Source: Piromyces finnis finn
Lineage: Eukaryota; Fungi; Neocallimastigomycota
Direction: 5' to 3'
Assembly (NCBI GenBank): GCA_002104945.1
Contig: MCFH01000090.1
Coordinates: forward strand, 61,837 to 125,836
DNA length: 64,000 bases
Position numbers and translations under genes: made by a program. Numbering within the stretch: the stretch's first letter is position 1; each line of letters begins with the position of its first letter. Under the pieces are notes generated by a model. That model did no database searches. It had not been told where the DNA came from and worked only from the letters and a program-made list of their open reading frames with translations. Below are positions 1 through 15,417 of the stretch, piece after piece.

Positions 1-3000
1 AAAAAAAAATGATTATAATTAAATAAGTATTCAAAAAGGTATACCATAGTCATGACATTCTTATAAAATAGAATTTGTAGTATTAGTTTTGAAGTTTTGA
101 ATAAAAAAAAAAACTAATTTTTTGATAAAAGATAAAATTCTCTAAGTATCATCAATCTATTTAAAAGTATTAAAAAAAAAAAGTTAATACTATCAAATTC
201 ATTATAAATAGATATAGTTGTTATATTCAATTTATTAACAACAAATATATATAAAGCAAAATAGATAAAATAGATGAGTTTAATGAATAAGATAATAATA
301 TATTGAAAATACTTTATATTTTTTGTTTATTTCATTTTATAATTTTTAATTAATTTTTTTTATCATTTGTATATCGAAAAGAATTATAAAGTAATCAAGG
401 TTTTTTAATTAAAAGAATTATATTGATTACTTTTTATTGAAAAAAAAAAAAAAAAAGATATTTTATTTCTTAGTTATAATAAAATTTAATTTAAAAAAAG
501 ATTGTTTTTTTTTTTTAAAAAAAAAAATAAAGTTTGAGGTAAATATAAATAATACAATAGTGATTAGTATTGTTTTTACTGTTATTCTATTAATTATCTA
601 GTGAGGAATAAAGTTTCAATAAACTGTTACTCTAAATAATTAATGTATTGATTCCTACAAAATGTAATTCCTCTATGGATTCTTTTTATTCATATATTAA
701 AAAGATGTAAATTACTAGATTTTATTAAAATGTCATTGTACGATAGGCCTAATAAATAAACAAAAGTAAGCAATGTTAACGGACTAGAAAAATATAAAAA
801 CTACTCTTTCATTATTTTTTATCCTATTCCACATTTGTTACACAAAAACAAGTATAAATCCATTATGGACAAGCATAATTTACAATTTTATTATTTATTA
901 AAATGACTTGTTATTTTATTAAATATTAACCTTTCATTTTTTATTTCTTAAATCAAGGACCAAACTATTTTAATTCTTATGGTGTCTGGCAATTAAAAGT
1001 ATAAACTGTAATTAATGCATAGTGGATAATCTTTTTGAACCTTTTTATATTTATTATATTTAAAATTCATTTGAAAATTAATATATACATATATATATAT
1101 AATTATATGAAATACACACTATAATATATAATAAAATAATAAATAAAATAAGGATGATTTTTTTTTTAAAGTTTATATATAATAACTTTTTATTTTTTTA
1201 TCATGATTAAATTACAAGATACATTTGCAAGTAAAAATTAAAAAAGAAAGCATGTGTTGAATGTAGTATGATAGAGAAATTTCAACCTTGATTAATATTT
1301 ATTAGGGTTAGATTTATAATGAAAGGTTTTAAACTTTAAATCTTATAAAATTTGTTAATATTTTAATATCACAATACTTTAGTTTGTACGACGTACTACA
1401 TTCTTTAGGTCTAAATATTCTTTTTTATCCAATATAAAACACGATGTAGATCATACATCCACGCTCTATCCTTTGATTTAATAATAATATCATTATAAAA
1501 GTTTTATAAATATACTATGGTAACTTATCATGCTGAAAAAACAAAAGTCTGTTGTATATCATTAAAAAAAAAAGGTTTATGCAACACATAGAATTTCATA
1601 ATTTCACTAAACTTTACAAAATAATTATTATTAATATAATTATTCCTATTGTTAAAGAATGATATAAAATATATTAATTTTAAAAATGTTATTTCAGTAA
1701 AAGTAATTTCAATGATTTTAAAAACTTATTAATTATATACAAAATATACAATATTAAATAAGATAATAAATGTTATTCCTCATTTTTTCTAAAATAAAAC
1801 TAAATTCGATATTTTAAATTGAAAAGTAATTTAAATTTAGTTTACTTTTTACTCTATTAAAGGTATATCAAAGAAAAAAACAAAAATTTAATTACTTTTA
1901 AATAATAAAAATATAATTTAAATAATTATGATAATACAAAATTTAATTAATATTTCAATTCTTTACTTTCAAACATTTAATATGATTTATTTATTTCTAA
2001 TCCTCCTGTTTTATCTATAATGTATTACTTTTAAAAATGCTTTTATATATTAATTTTTTAAAACGCTTCATCTTTATTTTCAAAGTGTATTATAATTTTA
2101 AATTATTTCAATTTTTCTATTCCATTTATTAATTAATTTTCCGTCACATGTACTACTTTCAAAAAAGTAAAAAATTAAACAATAAAAAGTATTTTGAATA
2201 AAAAAATAATAGTTATATACATATAAATTCAACCAATCATTTAATAATAATATTTATGAATTTATATCTTTAACTTAAGCCTCAAATTGCCCTTTTTTAT
2301 TTTTTAGTATATTTATTATTATTATATTATTATAAGCCTATTATTCAAAGCCCAAAACAGCCCAAAAGATTTAAAATTAACGCCCAATTTTGAGCCTCAA
2401 AATTTAAAATAGAAAAAAATTAGAATAGTTTAAAATATTTTTTCTTTTTTAAAAAAAGAAGTCTTTTGACAGTTCTTATTTTAAAGTTTTGAATTATTAA
2501 TACTACAATGGAATAATATATATATTTTTAAAAAGTTTGCTTATTATTTATTTAATTTTATTTATTAAAAATTTTAAAATAAAATGTTTAATAATTAAAT
2601 CAATGTATTATATTTCAACATTTTTTTTCCAAAGTAATAAATTAAATTGAACAAAATTCAACAATATATTTTTTCCAATTAAAAGAAGATATAATTAAAC
2701 CAATATATTTCGACATATAATTGTATAAAATATATTTAAAATTTATAGAGTAAACAATTATTGAAACTGATATAAATACAATTAAAAGAATTTTATTTTG
2801 TTATTTTTTTTATAAAAAATGCTTATGTAAAGACTTGTATATAATTAAGAATTGAGGGTAGAGGATTAAATTTAATGATAAAAAAATAAAGAACGTAATA
2901 TTATAAGCAAATAAATTAGCAAACATTATAAATTACAATAATAAAATAGCAAATAAGAAAAAGACATTAATCAATTTTTATATATACAAAAGAAAAAGTT

Positions 3001-3366
3001 TATTTTTATTTTAAAGTATTAAGAAATAATAAATCAAGTTATTATGAATAATATCGTAAAAATCAAATAAAGATTCAAACTCATAAAACATAAAATTATC
3101 GTACACATTATATTTTTTATACAAAACGTAATATTATACCACTAATTTTAATATAATATATTTATTGTTCTATTTATTAATAAATATTTGTAAATATTTA
3201 ACATAAATAATAAACTATTTTTATTTAAAATTACATATTTAAAATTTGGTTATAATTATTAATTAATTTAGAATTGTAAATAAAAATCTATTTAAAGTAT
3301 TATTTTAATAAATGAGGTTTTGAGATTCGGGAAGTTATTTTTTATCTTTTTTATTGTAATAATAGC

Positions 3367-3401
<35 letters not shown>

Positions 3402-4124
3402 TAAAATTATTTTTTTTAAAAAAAAGAAAAACAAAATATTTGTAAAAATTTAAATAATCAGATTCTAATGGGTAATATATTTATTTAATTTTTAATTTTA
3501 CAAATTTAAAAAATAAGAAAGATAAATTGGAATAAATATTGGATATATTTATCTATTTACATATATTCTTGTTTTTTTTTTTTTTTTTATGTTTTTATTT
3601 AGTATATTTGGTAATGAAAATGGTGGATTGATGTTGTTGTTTTATTGTTAGGAAAGTTTTTTTTTAAAAAGTTTAAATATTGTAAAATTTTAAATTTTAT
3701 TCGAGATAAAATGCTAATTAAGAAACAATTATAAAATAATTAGATAATTTATGATAATAAATGTCAATATTATGTTGAATGTATATGAAGTGGAAAATAG
3801 ATGTTTGTATGATGGGTATTGGTTAATTAAGATTAATTTAAAAAGCTAATTCTTTAAGAAAATATTAATTATAATAATATTTTATTTAAATAAAAATAGA
3901 ATTGAAATTAAAATCCGCATATTTTAAGTTTAGTTATATTGAAATACGAAGAAATATTTGAATAAAAATTCAAAAATAAATAATATTAAAATTTTACATT
4001 TGACCTAATAATAAATAATAATAATAACAATAATAATAACAACAACAACAACAACAACAACAATAATAATAATAAAAAACTACCAAAATATTACCATAAA
4101 ATTACATAATTTATTAATGAAATC

Positions 4125-5270
4125 ATGACGGTAGTGAAATCAGATTCAGACTTTAATGATAAAGTACTGTCATCTTTAGCAAAGGATGACAAAGCAAAAA
4201 ATGTTAAAAAAGGTAAAAATCTAAATAATATAATGTTAAAATATTTTTTATATAACAAATAATAATAATAATAACAATAATAAATAAATAAAAAACATTA
4301 TTTAATCTTGTAAAATTATGTTAATTTTATAGAATTATCGGTTAATAATCAAGATGTCAATATAGCGGATTCTGTACAAGAAAATCTTCCATTAGGAGAT
4401 CTTTCGGCTTATATGCTAAATGCATTAAACCCAACATATACAGCTTCAGTACTACCTTTTGGAAATACAAATCCATCTTTAGTTAACTCTTCCCCGCAAC
4501 AAAATGATTTACAAACATTAGCTGCTGTTCAACTTCAACTACAAGCACTTCAGCAACAACAGCAACAACAACAAATACTTCAAATGGCATCATTACTTTC
4601 TTCTAATACCACTACAATGCCTTCTACGGCTACAACAACTACTACATCTAATTTAACAACATCAGAAAATTCATTAAATCCATTATCAGCGGCTATCCCA
4701 GGAGTGGAAGGGGTGAATATGAATGATTTTCAAACAATATATCTTCAAATGCTACAATATTATTATCAATTACAACTTTTAAAAACTAAAAGTCCTGGAG
4801 CTGCCACTCCTACGTTGTTAAATAATCAACTTTTATCTAATTATTCTCCTAATCTTCTTCAGCAGCAACTTCTTTCTTCATATGTACTTCAACAACAGCA
4901 ACAACTTTTAAAATCTTTAGATCTTTCAAATTATGGTGCCTTAATGAATTCATTAACTCCTGAACAGATGGCTTTATTTGGATTAAATCCATTAGTGGCA
5001 GCAACAACAACTGCCAATACAAATGCTACTTCAGCAACGGCTTCTACTTCTTCAACATTATCGTCTACTCTTCAAAAAAATACTAGTACTAAAAAATCGG
5101 AAAATAATGACAATAAATCGTCAACAAAAAAAAATAAACCATTAACAACAACAACCGAAAAAGTTCATATTTTACCGAATCTACATGATAGTAGTAAGTA
5201 AAATTAATATAAATAAAATTAGAATTTTTTTGCAATACTTATTTAAATTAGTCATATTATAGAAAAATAG

Positions 5271-5308
<38 letters not shown>

Positions 5309-7019
5309 TGCTATTAATTTTTATTTTTTTAACTCTTTTTTTTTTTTTTTCATTTTAATTTGATTATGGTAAAAACCAAATAAACAAATTAAAAATAATT
5401 ATTTAAAAGGCTTATTATTAAATGATGATAAATCTAAAAATTTCATATTTGATCCTTTATTTCAAGCATCAAATTTACTATATCAATATCCCTATTCATT
5501 TCCATTGGTGCCGATTTTACCACAACATGGTCATGATATGCTTTTATCTTCTTCTATCAAAAAAATCCAACCTAATAGTGATGGTCCTATTTTAAAATGC
5601 CCAGAACCAAATTGTAATAAAGTTTTTACGAGAGCTTATAATTTAAAATCGCATCAACTTTCTCATTCTGGAGTAAGGCCTTTTAAATGCAAGTAAGTAT
5701 CTAATGGAATCATAAATTACTATTAGTCTCGTCAAATTTTTATATATTCACCCATATTTATCATCCTTTTCCTTTCAAATATATATATATATATATTTAT
5801 AAATCAACAACAACAATAATAAATTAGAACTTGTCAAACATCTTTTGTAAGAAAACATGATTTAAAGAGACATGAAAGACTTCATACTGGTGTAAAACCA
5901 TATGTTTGTTCTGTATGTCATAGAGGATTTTATAGAAGTGACGCGCTTTCTCGTCATGAACATTCAGGTACATGTAGTATGAATACTCTATCTCGGTCAA
6001 AAAGTTCTGTATCTGCCGTTCGTACTCATAAAAGCTCTTCTACTTCTGCTGCTATAAACGCAGCGCCTTATCCACCAGTAAATACAGTAACAAATGCTTT
6101 ATCCCTCCCATCAACCACTTCTTCATCTTCCTCCACTTTATTACCTGCATCATTATCTTCCACATCAACGTTGACCAATACTATTTCTACTCCTGCAACT
6201 GCTACTACATCCACAACTAAGGCATCCACACCAATAGCGACTACTAGTACACCAGGTTCTTCAAATGCTCGATCAACGCAAACCTCTAAAATTACCCCTG
6301 CAAAGATTTTACCTTCAACAGCAAATTTATTAAATTCAAAATCATTACTTGATACTTTAAATGCTAATCTTTTTATGAATAATGAAATTCAGAATGTGAA
6401 ACCTGCAATATCAACAACAACTGAGTTATTATCATCTTCACTCCATCCTTCTTCAAATAGTCTACTGAATCCCCAGCTATCTTCATTAGTTAATACAGAA
6501 ACTCTTTTATCTTCTAAATTGAATTCCTTAGAAGATTTACTACCCACAACTCTTTCATCATTATCATCTGATACGTCATCACTCTTTGTTCATAGTTTAT
6601 CAAATTTAAATACTACAAATTCATTAATTCCTACCACACTTCCTTTAAGCGTATCCACAACGGATGATTCATTATTGGCAGTTGCATCGTCTTCTATACC
6701 AACAACAACGGAACCATCGGAAACTTCTTTGGCAACGACCGTAGTATCCTCTTCAGATACACCTTTTAGTCTTTCGACAGCTCTATCTTCCATAAAATCT
6801 GATCTTCACTCTATCACTGAGGATCATTTAGAAAGTTTAGCCAATGGATTAACTCATTCGACGCATCCAACATCAAATACTACATCTTCTGATACAAGTT
6901 TTTTACCAATCCTTACTCATCATGATGCTAATTTAGCAGAATCAGTTTTGTCTATGCATCAACATTTGGATGCTTCTTTAAAGTCTTCAGGCGAATCTAT
7001 TTTAAAACAAGAAAAATAG
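4125..7019 (+). CDS. C2H2 zinc-finger transcription factor (3 fingers, Crz1/CrzA-like), ~807 aa
   Basis: Hand-spliced exons 4125-4212, 4333-5193, 5410-5692, 5828-7019 (GT-AG, 2424 nt, in frame). Fingers: CPEPNCNKVFTRAYNLKSHQLSH-SGVRPFK-CKTCQTSFVRKHDLKRHERLH-TGVKPYV-CSVCHRGFYRSDALSRHEHSGTC. The FTRAYNLxSH / xHDxKRHExLH / RSDALxRH pattern resembles fungal Crz1/CrzA fingers from memory. The flanks are Q-rich and S/T-rich. Orthology is not established. Confidence 0.9.
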
Positions 7020-8120
7020 TTTTCTTTTTCTTTTTTTTTTTTTTAATTTTCAAAAAATTTTATTTTTTTTTTATTTTTTAATTTTTTTGAAGCATCATCA
7101 TCATCATCATCATAAGTAATATATAATTATTATGATAATAAGTATTATAAAAAAAAAAAAAAAAAAAAAATAGAATGATATAATTTATATTATTTATAAA
7201 TCGAATGGGAACTATGTATTATATTTATTTTTATTATATATATGTATACTTTTTTTTTTATATATATATATTATATTATTATTATTATTACTATTTAAAA
7301 TATTTATTATCTATTAAAAAATAAAACTTTAAAAAACAAACTTAAAACCATCTTTTAATAAATATTTGTAATACACTAAATCTATGTAAAAATATAAACA
7401 TTTATTGTTAAGGGTATATAGGAGGATATTTTTTTTTTTAATATTTAATATTTTATTAGCCTAATTAAGTTTAAGTTTCAAAGACTCAAAATTTATAGAC
7501 TTTTATATACATTATATACCCATTTATTTCTATTTTTATAATGTCAAATTATTATCATAAAAAAAAAAAAAAGATGAATCATTATAAATACAATTTAAAA
7601 AAAAAAAAAAAAAAAAATTCATTGACTTTAATAAAAATTCTTAATTTTTACATTACACAAAAATTTTTTAATTAAATTTTATTTTATTTTTTTTATATAT
7701 ATTTTATTTTTATTATTTTATTTTTTTAAAAAAAAAGGAAATAAATCCATTGTCAAAAAAATAATTAACCATAATATTATACATATATATATATACATAT
7801 ACATACTTATTTAATCATTATTATACAATGAATATTTTCATTTTTAAATTTACAAGAATAAAACATCGTTAAGTCAATAATTCTACTATCTTTTATTAAA
7901 AACAATCATTTAAAATTAATTGTTAAAAATCAAATTTCCAAATTTCCAATTTCCAAATTCAAATTGATTATATATTCTGTAAAACTATTATCAAAGAAAC
8001 CATCAATAAACAATAAAAATAAAATCAATTAAAAATACATTCAGAAAAAAAATACTTTCAGTAAAATAAATAAATAAAAAAAAAAAAAAATCTATTAATA
8101 TCATTTTATTTAAATAAGAT

Positions 8121-11100
8121 ATGGCACCTTTATTAGCATCAGCGGATTCCAGTGTGATAAAATTATGGAATTGTGGATATAACAAAGATAATGCTAAAGG
8201 CAATTTATTATTTCAATTAAGAAACACTTTTTCACCGTTTGATTCTTCTCATAATATTAGTTGTATTGAATGGAGTCAAGATTGTAAGAATTTATAAATT
8301 AAATAATAATAATACTATAAGAAAATTTAAAAACTCATATAAAATATTACATTTTAAAATAAAAAAAAAAAAAAAAAAAAAGAAATTATTTTATATTAAC
8401 TCTATCTTTTCCTTTTTTTTTTTTTATTATTATTATCATTAATAATTTTATCTTATCTATTATTTTATATTAATAATATTATGATTTTTACTTTTCAAAA
8501 ATCTAATTTCGTTTTTTAATTCCATTTATTTTATCCATATTTATTTCTATTGCAATGGAAACACAAATTAGCAACAAAACTTGTTATTGGAACCATTGAA
8601 GGAGAAATTATTCTAATTGATTTTGAAAATTCAACAACTAACAAAATATTAATTGTAAATATCATATCAAAATAAAAAAAAAAAATATTTAAAAATTTCA
8701 AAAAATAGTTGAAAGAAATTTTTATGTCTTTTTTTTTTTTTTATAATGCATTAAAATTATCCATTATTATCATTGAAAAAAAAAAAAAAAAACCTTCACA
8801 TATGATATATAATAAAATAGAATTTATTGATATTATTTTATTTTTTTTTCTTATATATTCATAACCTTGATATCTATATTAATTTAATTATTAATATGCT
8901 TTGCAGGGAAAAGAAAAAATATATTCAGTTCGATTCTTTCAAAAATCAAAGTACTTGTTAATTTCAGGAAACAAAAAGATTATCAGATGGGATATCAAAA
9001 ATAAAAAATTTCTAAATTCTTTAGCTGTAAATTTCAAATTAAGAATATATATAAATTTTCAATTTTATAATTGGAATTTAATACAAATTTTATTAATAAT
9101 TTTTTTTCATTTTATTTATTTTTTGAATTTCATTTATGAAATGCTTTTCTTCCTCTTCTTTTTTTTTTTAATAATATAAATTTTTTAATGGTATAAAAAC
9201 ATCTTTAGGGTAACAAAACTTCTGCAATAGTATTAATATCAACAAATCCAGAAGAAACACAAATTGCTGCTGGATCTAGTGACGGAAGCGTTTTACTCTA
9301 TAATTTTGAAAGTGGAACAAAAAAACTATTAAAAAATAATAATAAACAAGTAATTATAAAAAAATAGATATAAACCTTATCATTATATTTAATATAAATT
9401 ATAATATGATTATATCTATTTTTTTTATATATATATTTTTATTTAAATAAATTTTTTTTTTTTGTATCTATTATAATATATATATATTTATTAATGAACA
9501 ATAGGCTACTAATTGCATTGAATTTTCTAAACAAAAAACACATAGCCTAGCAACTGCTGGTGATGATGGAAATATTTATATTTATAGTATACGTCAAAGT
9601 AATAGACCGTCAACCATATTAGAAAATGTTCATTATGCTCCAATACAAAGTATTCAATTTGATCCCAAGGATAAAAATATTATTTTTAGCGTTGGACTTG
9701 ATAAACGCATAGTAATTTCCTCAATACAAGATAAAAAGCCTTTAATGGTTTTTGAAACACCATATGCTTTAAATCATGTAACTACTAATCCTGAAGGAAA
9801 TGTATTAGCATGTAGTACTGAAACAGGTACTTTATATGTTTTAGATATAATATATAATATATATATAATATACAAATACATTTTTAAAAAAAGTATTTAT
9901 TTTTTTTATTTATATTTTAATCAACATAATGTATTTTTTTTTTTCTTTTTCAATTAAAAAAAAAAAGGTGAAATCTTATTTTATGATATAAGATTTAAAC
10001 GTTTGGTTGGTACAATACCCGCACACGAAAATCAACCAATAAAAGGATTATTATTCCAAGTAAATTGAAAAGTTTCATTATGAGTTATAATAAATAAATA
10101 ATTTTTTTTTTTTAACATTTTATATTACAATATATATATATATATTATATTTGAATATAGTATACCAAAGTTTCACCTGCTATTTTAAAACAAATGTCAA
10201 AGATACCAGTAAATTCAGTTGATTCAAAAGATACTTCTAATATAGGTAATTATTTAATAATAATTTTATTTATCTGATTTATAGATATTATGATATTCAC
10301 AAATTTTTAATTAAATACTCTCAATACTATATATATTAAAAAAAAAAAAAAAAAAAGATTCATTATTAAATGCCAAGGTATTATAAACTAAATTATTAAT
10401 TAGTATTATTGATGCTTTAAGGAAAATAAGCAAAATATCTATTATTAATTTTTTTTTAATTTTTTTATCAACTTTATTTAGATTGAAAATAACAACAATA
10501 ACAACGATAATAATACCAATAATAATACTTCAGGTATTACACATATAATATTTATTTAGGATGAATAAATAGATGTATAAATAGCCAAATAAAAAAATAT
10601 TATGTTGATGAATGATATTTAATAATAATTGATAAATAAATGATTTATATATTCTAACAATAACAATACTCTTTTTTAACATAATTCAAGTGATGAGTAT
10701 ATTTTCACCTTTAAAAAATGAAGATGAAATTAAAGAAAATAACAACCCTTCCACCACACTAAAAAACAATATTGAAAAAACCACAAAGTTAATTTCTAAT
10801 GAAATTAAATATTCCATACCAACTGCTAATCATTCCATGAACAAAAGATCTTCAATTTCCTCACTTTCTCTTAATAAAAAATCAAATGAAAGTTTTGATT
10901 TTAATCAAAATTCAATGGATCTTCAGGAACAAATTAATAGGATGTCACCAACAATTTCACCTTCGCCTGCAGGCAGTGGTAGTGGTAGTAATTACTTTAC
11001 TAATCATAGTCGTCGAGGAAGTGCTTCCAGTATAAATAGTTTTCTTAGTAATACAGAATCCATTAATAAACAATATCAACGTCAAAAACGTATTGAACAA

Positions 11101-13016
11101 CTTCGTCAGCAACTCAAATCAAATAGTAATACCAGTATGAATGATAGTTTAACTGCTCATTTAACAAAAGATAAGACTTCTAATGATTCAATATCTCTTT
11201 CTTCTTCCTTCAATAGTAACAAAAGTGCTAGTCTAGTTAACATGAAACCAGAGAGTGATAAAGATAAAATGTCACCCACCTCATCAAATACCTTTTCTAA
11301 CGCAAAACTATTCTCACTTGAAAAACATAATAGCTTTAGTAATATAAAATCGCATACTTCTAATCTCACAGGTCTCGTGTCTTCGTTGAAGCGTTCTCAA
11401 TCCCTTGTCGATAAATCAAAAACAAAACAACAACAAAAGTTATCCATGTCCCCAAACCTTTCCAATGCCTCCTTTCTTACACACGATTCCACTATTAATA
11501 ATAATAGTAATATTGCCACCAAGGGTTCTATTAAGAATATAAGAAGACCTTCTACAGCCTCTTTTCGATCTACTTCCGACATTGATATAGATATGGATGT
11601 AGGCAGTCCTTCTCTTTCATCAGTGGCTTCACCCTATACCTCACATTCGAGATTAGGACCAAAAAATCTTTACACTTCCTCTTCTTCTCAAGCTATTTCA
11701 TTAAGTGAAGATCTTGCTATTACTAATAAGATCAATTCTCTTTCCGCTTCCCTTTCCTCTTCCTCTCTTAAACAATCTCAACTTCAATCCTTCTTCAAAT
11801 CTAAAATTGGTGATGATTCTGAACCTATTTTAGGACAACCTACTCCACATTCTAATGCTTCTGAATTTATAAAACCTCCACCCCAACAACCCAAAATAAC
11901 ATCCATGCCACCTCGTTCATCACCATCACCATCACCATCACCCTCACCGTTTATGACTTCACCCTTCTCTAGTACCTTTAATATGCCAATGGCAATGGAT
12001 GGACTAAATTTTGATAATCCAATGTATCATCCATTAGTTCATTCTTATACAGAGGATCAACTTTCTCAAAATAGTAGTGATGGTGGCTATAATTCAACCA
12101 TAAAAATGGATAATGATAAATTGCCTACGACTACCACAAATTATAATAATATTTTTGCTACTGGTTTAGGTTATGGTTCGACCTCCAATAATAATAAAGG
12201 GGTTTTACCATATATCGAAGGGGATAGTATTATTTCAGATACAAGTACCATTACATCGACAATGGTGAAAAAACGATCCTCTCATCATGTTCAGCCTTTC
12301 CATCCTTCTCCACCCGTCATAACTTCCTCCCTTCAACTTCCACTTCCAAAAATGAATAGTATCAATGATTTTCTTCAACAACAAGAATTTAGAAATCAAG
12401 CCCTTCTTACTCAAAATGAAGAAACCATAAATGATAATCCTTATACCTCTGTTCCAACTACCAATTTTTCTGGAACTAATGTAAATAATACCTTTTCCCA
12501 AGGAAATGTAAAAGGTTTAGAAGGAGATTATATTAGTGTAGAAGATGTTCAAGCTCTTGCCACCCATTCAATTCCACATAAAATGTTACTTCAAGCTTTA
12601 GAAAAGTCTGTAGAAAGTATTCGTGATGATTTCCAAGAAGACATTACCAATATCCATTTAGAAATTATTCGTCAATTTCATATTCAAAAGGTATTTTTTT
12701 GATTCATTAATATCGAAAAAGTTTTTTTGACCTTTTTTTTTTTTCTTTTCTTTAATTAATCAATATAAAATAGAATTTTTATTATAAAATAACTAACTAT
12801 TTTTTTTTTCTTCTTCTTTTATGAATAATTTACTATTCATTTTTCGTATATATATTTATATCTACCCTTTTTTAATTTTTTTTTTTTTTTTTTCGATAGA
12901 TTGAATTTGAAACCATGTTTCATCAATATTCAGTTATTGACAACATTCAAAAAGAAATTAATTATTTACGCGAAGAAAATAAACGATTAAAAAATTTTCA
13001 ACCTCATACCAACTAA
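8121..13016 (+). CDS. NEDD1: NEDD1/GCP-WD gamma-tubulin ring complex targeting factor, ~1064 aa
   Basis: Exons 8121-8283, 8572-8654, 8907-9026, 9209-9349, 9505-9826, 9968-10059, 10161-10245, 10358-10377, 10482-10533, 10691-12690, 12900-13016 (3195 nt, in frame). N-terminal WD40 repeats (LATAGDDG, HYAPIQSIQF, SVGLDKRI, GEILFYDIR) lead into a long S-rich disordered middle. The C-terminal helix IRDDFQEDITNIHLEIIRQFHIQKIEFETMFHQYS...EINYLREENKRLK matches the NEDD1 gamma-tubulin-binding tail. Confidence 0.88.
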
Positions 13017-13269
13017 TTTATTTATTTATTTTAAGATTGATTTTTAAAAAACATAAAGTCATAATAAAATTCTTTATATATATAAAATAAATTAAATTAT
13101 TAAACAATATTCCACACCTTTTTAATAGATATTTATAGTATACTATATTCATAAAATTATCATTATCATTATTATTATTATTTTATTTTTGCCTTAGAAA
13201 ATAAATAAAAAAAGAAAATATAATCATATATCATAAAAATAGACCATTCTAAATAATAAAGAAAGAAAT

Positions 13270-13302
<33 letters not shown>

Positions 13303-14110
13303 CATAATAAAGATTTTATATAATTATTCTTTTTATTAATTAATATATATAATTCTTTATATTAAAAAGGATATTAAATGGTCGGTGTAGGAATTATACT
13401 ATAAGGAAAAATGGATCATCCACGTGTCCTAAGAAAATATAAAAATAAAGGCATAATAAATTAAATTATTAAAATAGGAATAGTTTTAAATCTAGTAAAG
13501 AATTCTTTTTTTTTTTTGAAAATTTATATAATTGATCTTTACTACGATGTTGTGTATCGTCACTTTTAAAAAGTATCTTTTTATAATTTAAATATAAAAT
13601 TATATGAATTGCATATGTTGTAGTATTAATAAAAATTAGGATTTATTTCCAATATTATGACTACTTTTTTAATTCAACTTTTTTTTGTAAATTTTCTGTC
13701 ACAAAAAAATTTAACTTTTATTTTTCCAGAAATTGTTTCCAAACATTGAAATTAAAAAGATAACCTTATTTATATTATAACATATATTACAATATATTAT
13801 TTTAATATAATAATATATTAAAATAGTTTGATTGAATAATTAAATTTTTATATGTCAATTCTTATCTTATCATAAAAACTTTCGATTAGAATTTTATTTG
13901 ACTATATCAATTATATATGTTATAATATATTGCAATGTACTTGTAATATATTATAACATTTATTTCATTAAAGATTTTTGATAGTAAAAAAAAATAAAAT
14001 TTGATATATTACAATATAATACAATATATATAAGTATAAATTAATTGTTTTTTTTTGGTTAAAAATAGGACAAAGAAATGTTTTTATTTTGAATTCTTTT
14101 TTTGATAGGT

Positions 14111-14111
14111 A

Positions 14112-14150
<39 letters not shown>

Positions 14151-14165
14151 ATATATATATATATA

Positions 14166-14224
<59 letters not shown>

Positions 14225-14226
14225 AT
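14111..14226. repeat. (AAAT)n microsatellite interrupted by a short (AT)n run
   Basis: Read directly: two AAAT blocks separated by atatatatatatatat. Confidence 0.95.
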
Positions 14227-15417
14227 TTCTCAAATGTTTTTTTAATTATTAATTTATAAAATATTAAATTTTAATTTTTTTTATTATAATAATAAATAAA
14301 AATTTATTTCTTTTGTTTGAACAACAATTACTATCCCTTTTTAGGAAAAAAAAGATATAAAAAAAGGTTTTTTAAAGTGGGAATATTTCATATTTTATAA
14401 TAATTTATTATTATTATATTATCATTTTATTTGGTATTTTATTAGCAATTTTTTATTTTATTATTTCTCATATTTTAAAATTAGTAAAATTTGGAGGATG
14501 GCAAAGTTAAAATTAATAAATTAGCATAATCAGCAATGAACGAGTGGTGAAAATATTTTAATTTAAATTTTAAATTTTAATATTTAAAAAAAAAACATTG
14601 AAATAAAAGTGGTATTAACAAAGAAAATAAAACAAACTATCATTCTTTAAGTAGGTTACCACTAGTAAAATACTTAATATAATTAATTATAAAGGATCAA
14701 TATTAATACCAAAAAAAAAAAAAAAAAAAGCGGTCTTTTAAACAGCTTTTCAAGATTTTGATAAATCAAGAATTTTCTTTTATCCTAATTTATGATTGGT
14801 TGATTATATATCAGAGTATACTTATAATATATTAAATTTAATTTTTCTATTTTTTTTTTTTTTTAGGTTAAAAATTTTTTTTATTCTATTTCCTTTCAGC
14901 TAAATGAAGTAAAGAGAGCTTTAAAAAATAAAATTTTGATTAGTAAAAATATATTTTAATGAAATATAGGAAGGTGTAAAGAAAAAGAAAAAAAGGGAAT
15001 ATAATTATATATAACAAAAATTTAATAAATATATAAATATTTAACAAAATTAAAAAAAAAAAGTCTTTTTGATTTCAATAATTTTAATTATTGTATATAC
15101 CAAAATTTAAAATTTAACTTCAACTGTATACCATTGTAATTATGTTATTTTTAATTTCAATGAAACAATAATTTATTTAATAATTCATAATTAAAACTTA
15201 TTTATTCCATTAAAGAAAATTCATAAAAATTCAAAAATTCAGAAATTTAAAATTTAAAATCGAAGAAAGAATTTTTTTATTTCTATATATAAAAAAAAAT
15301 TCAAAAATTATTTATATATCATAAAATAGATTAAAAATAATTTAACAGTATTCAAATTTAGATACATATAATAATCAATATTCTTCAAAATTATTTAAAG
15401 AAAAAGAATTAAAAAAA

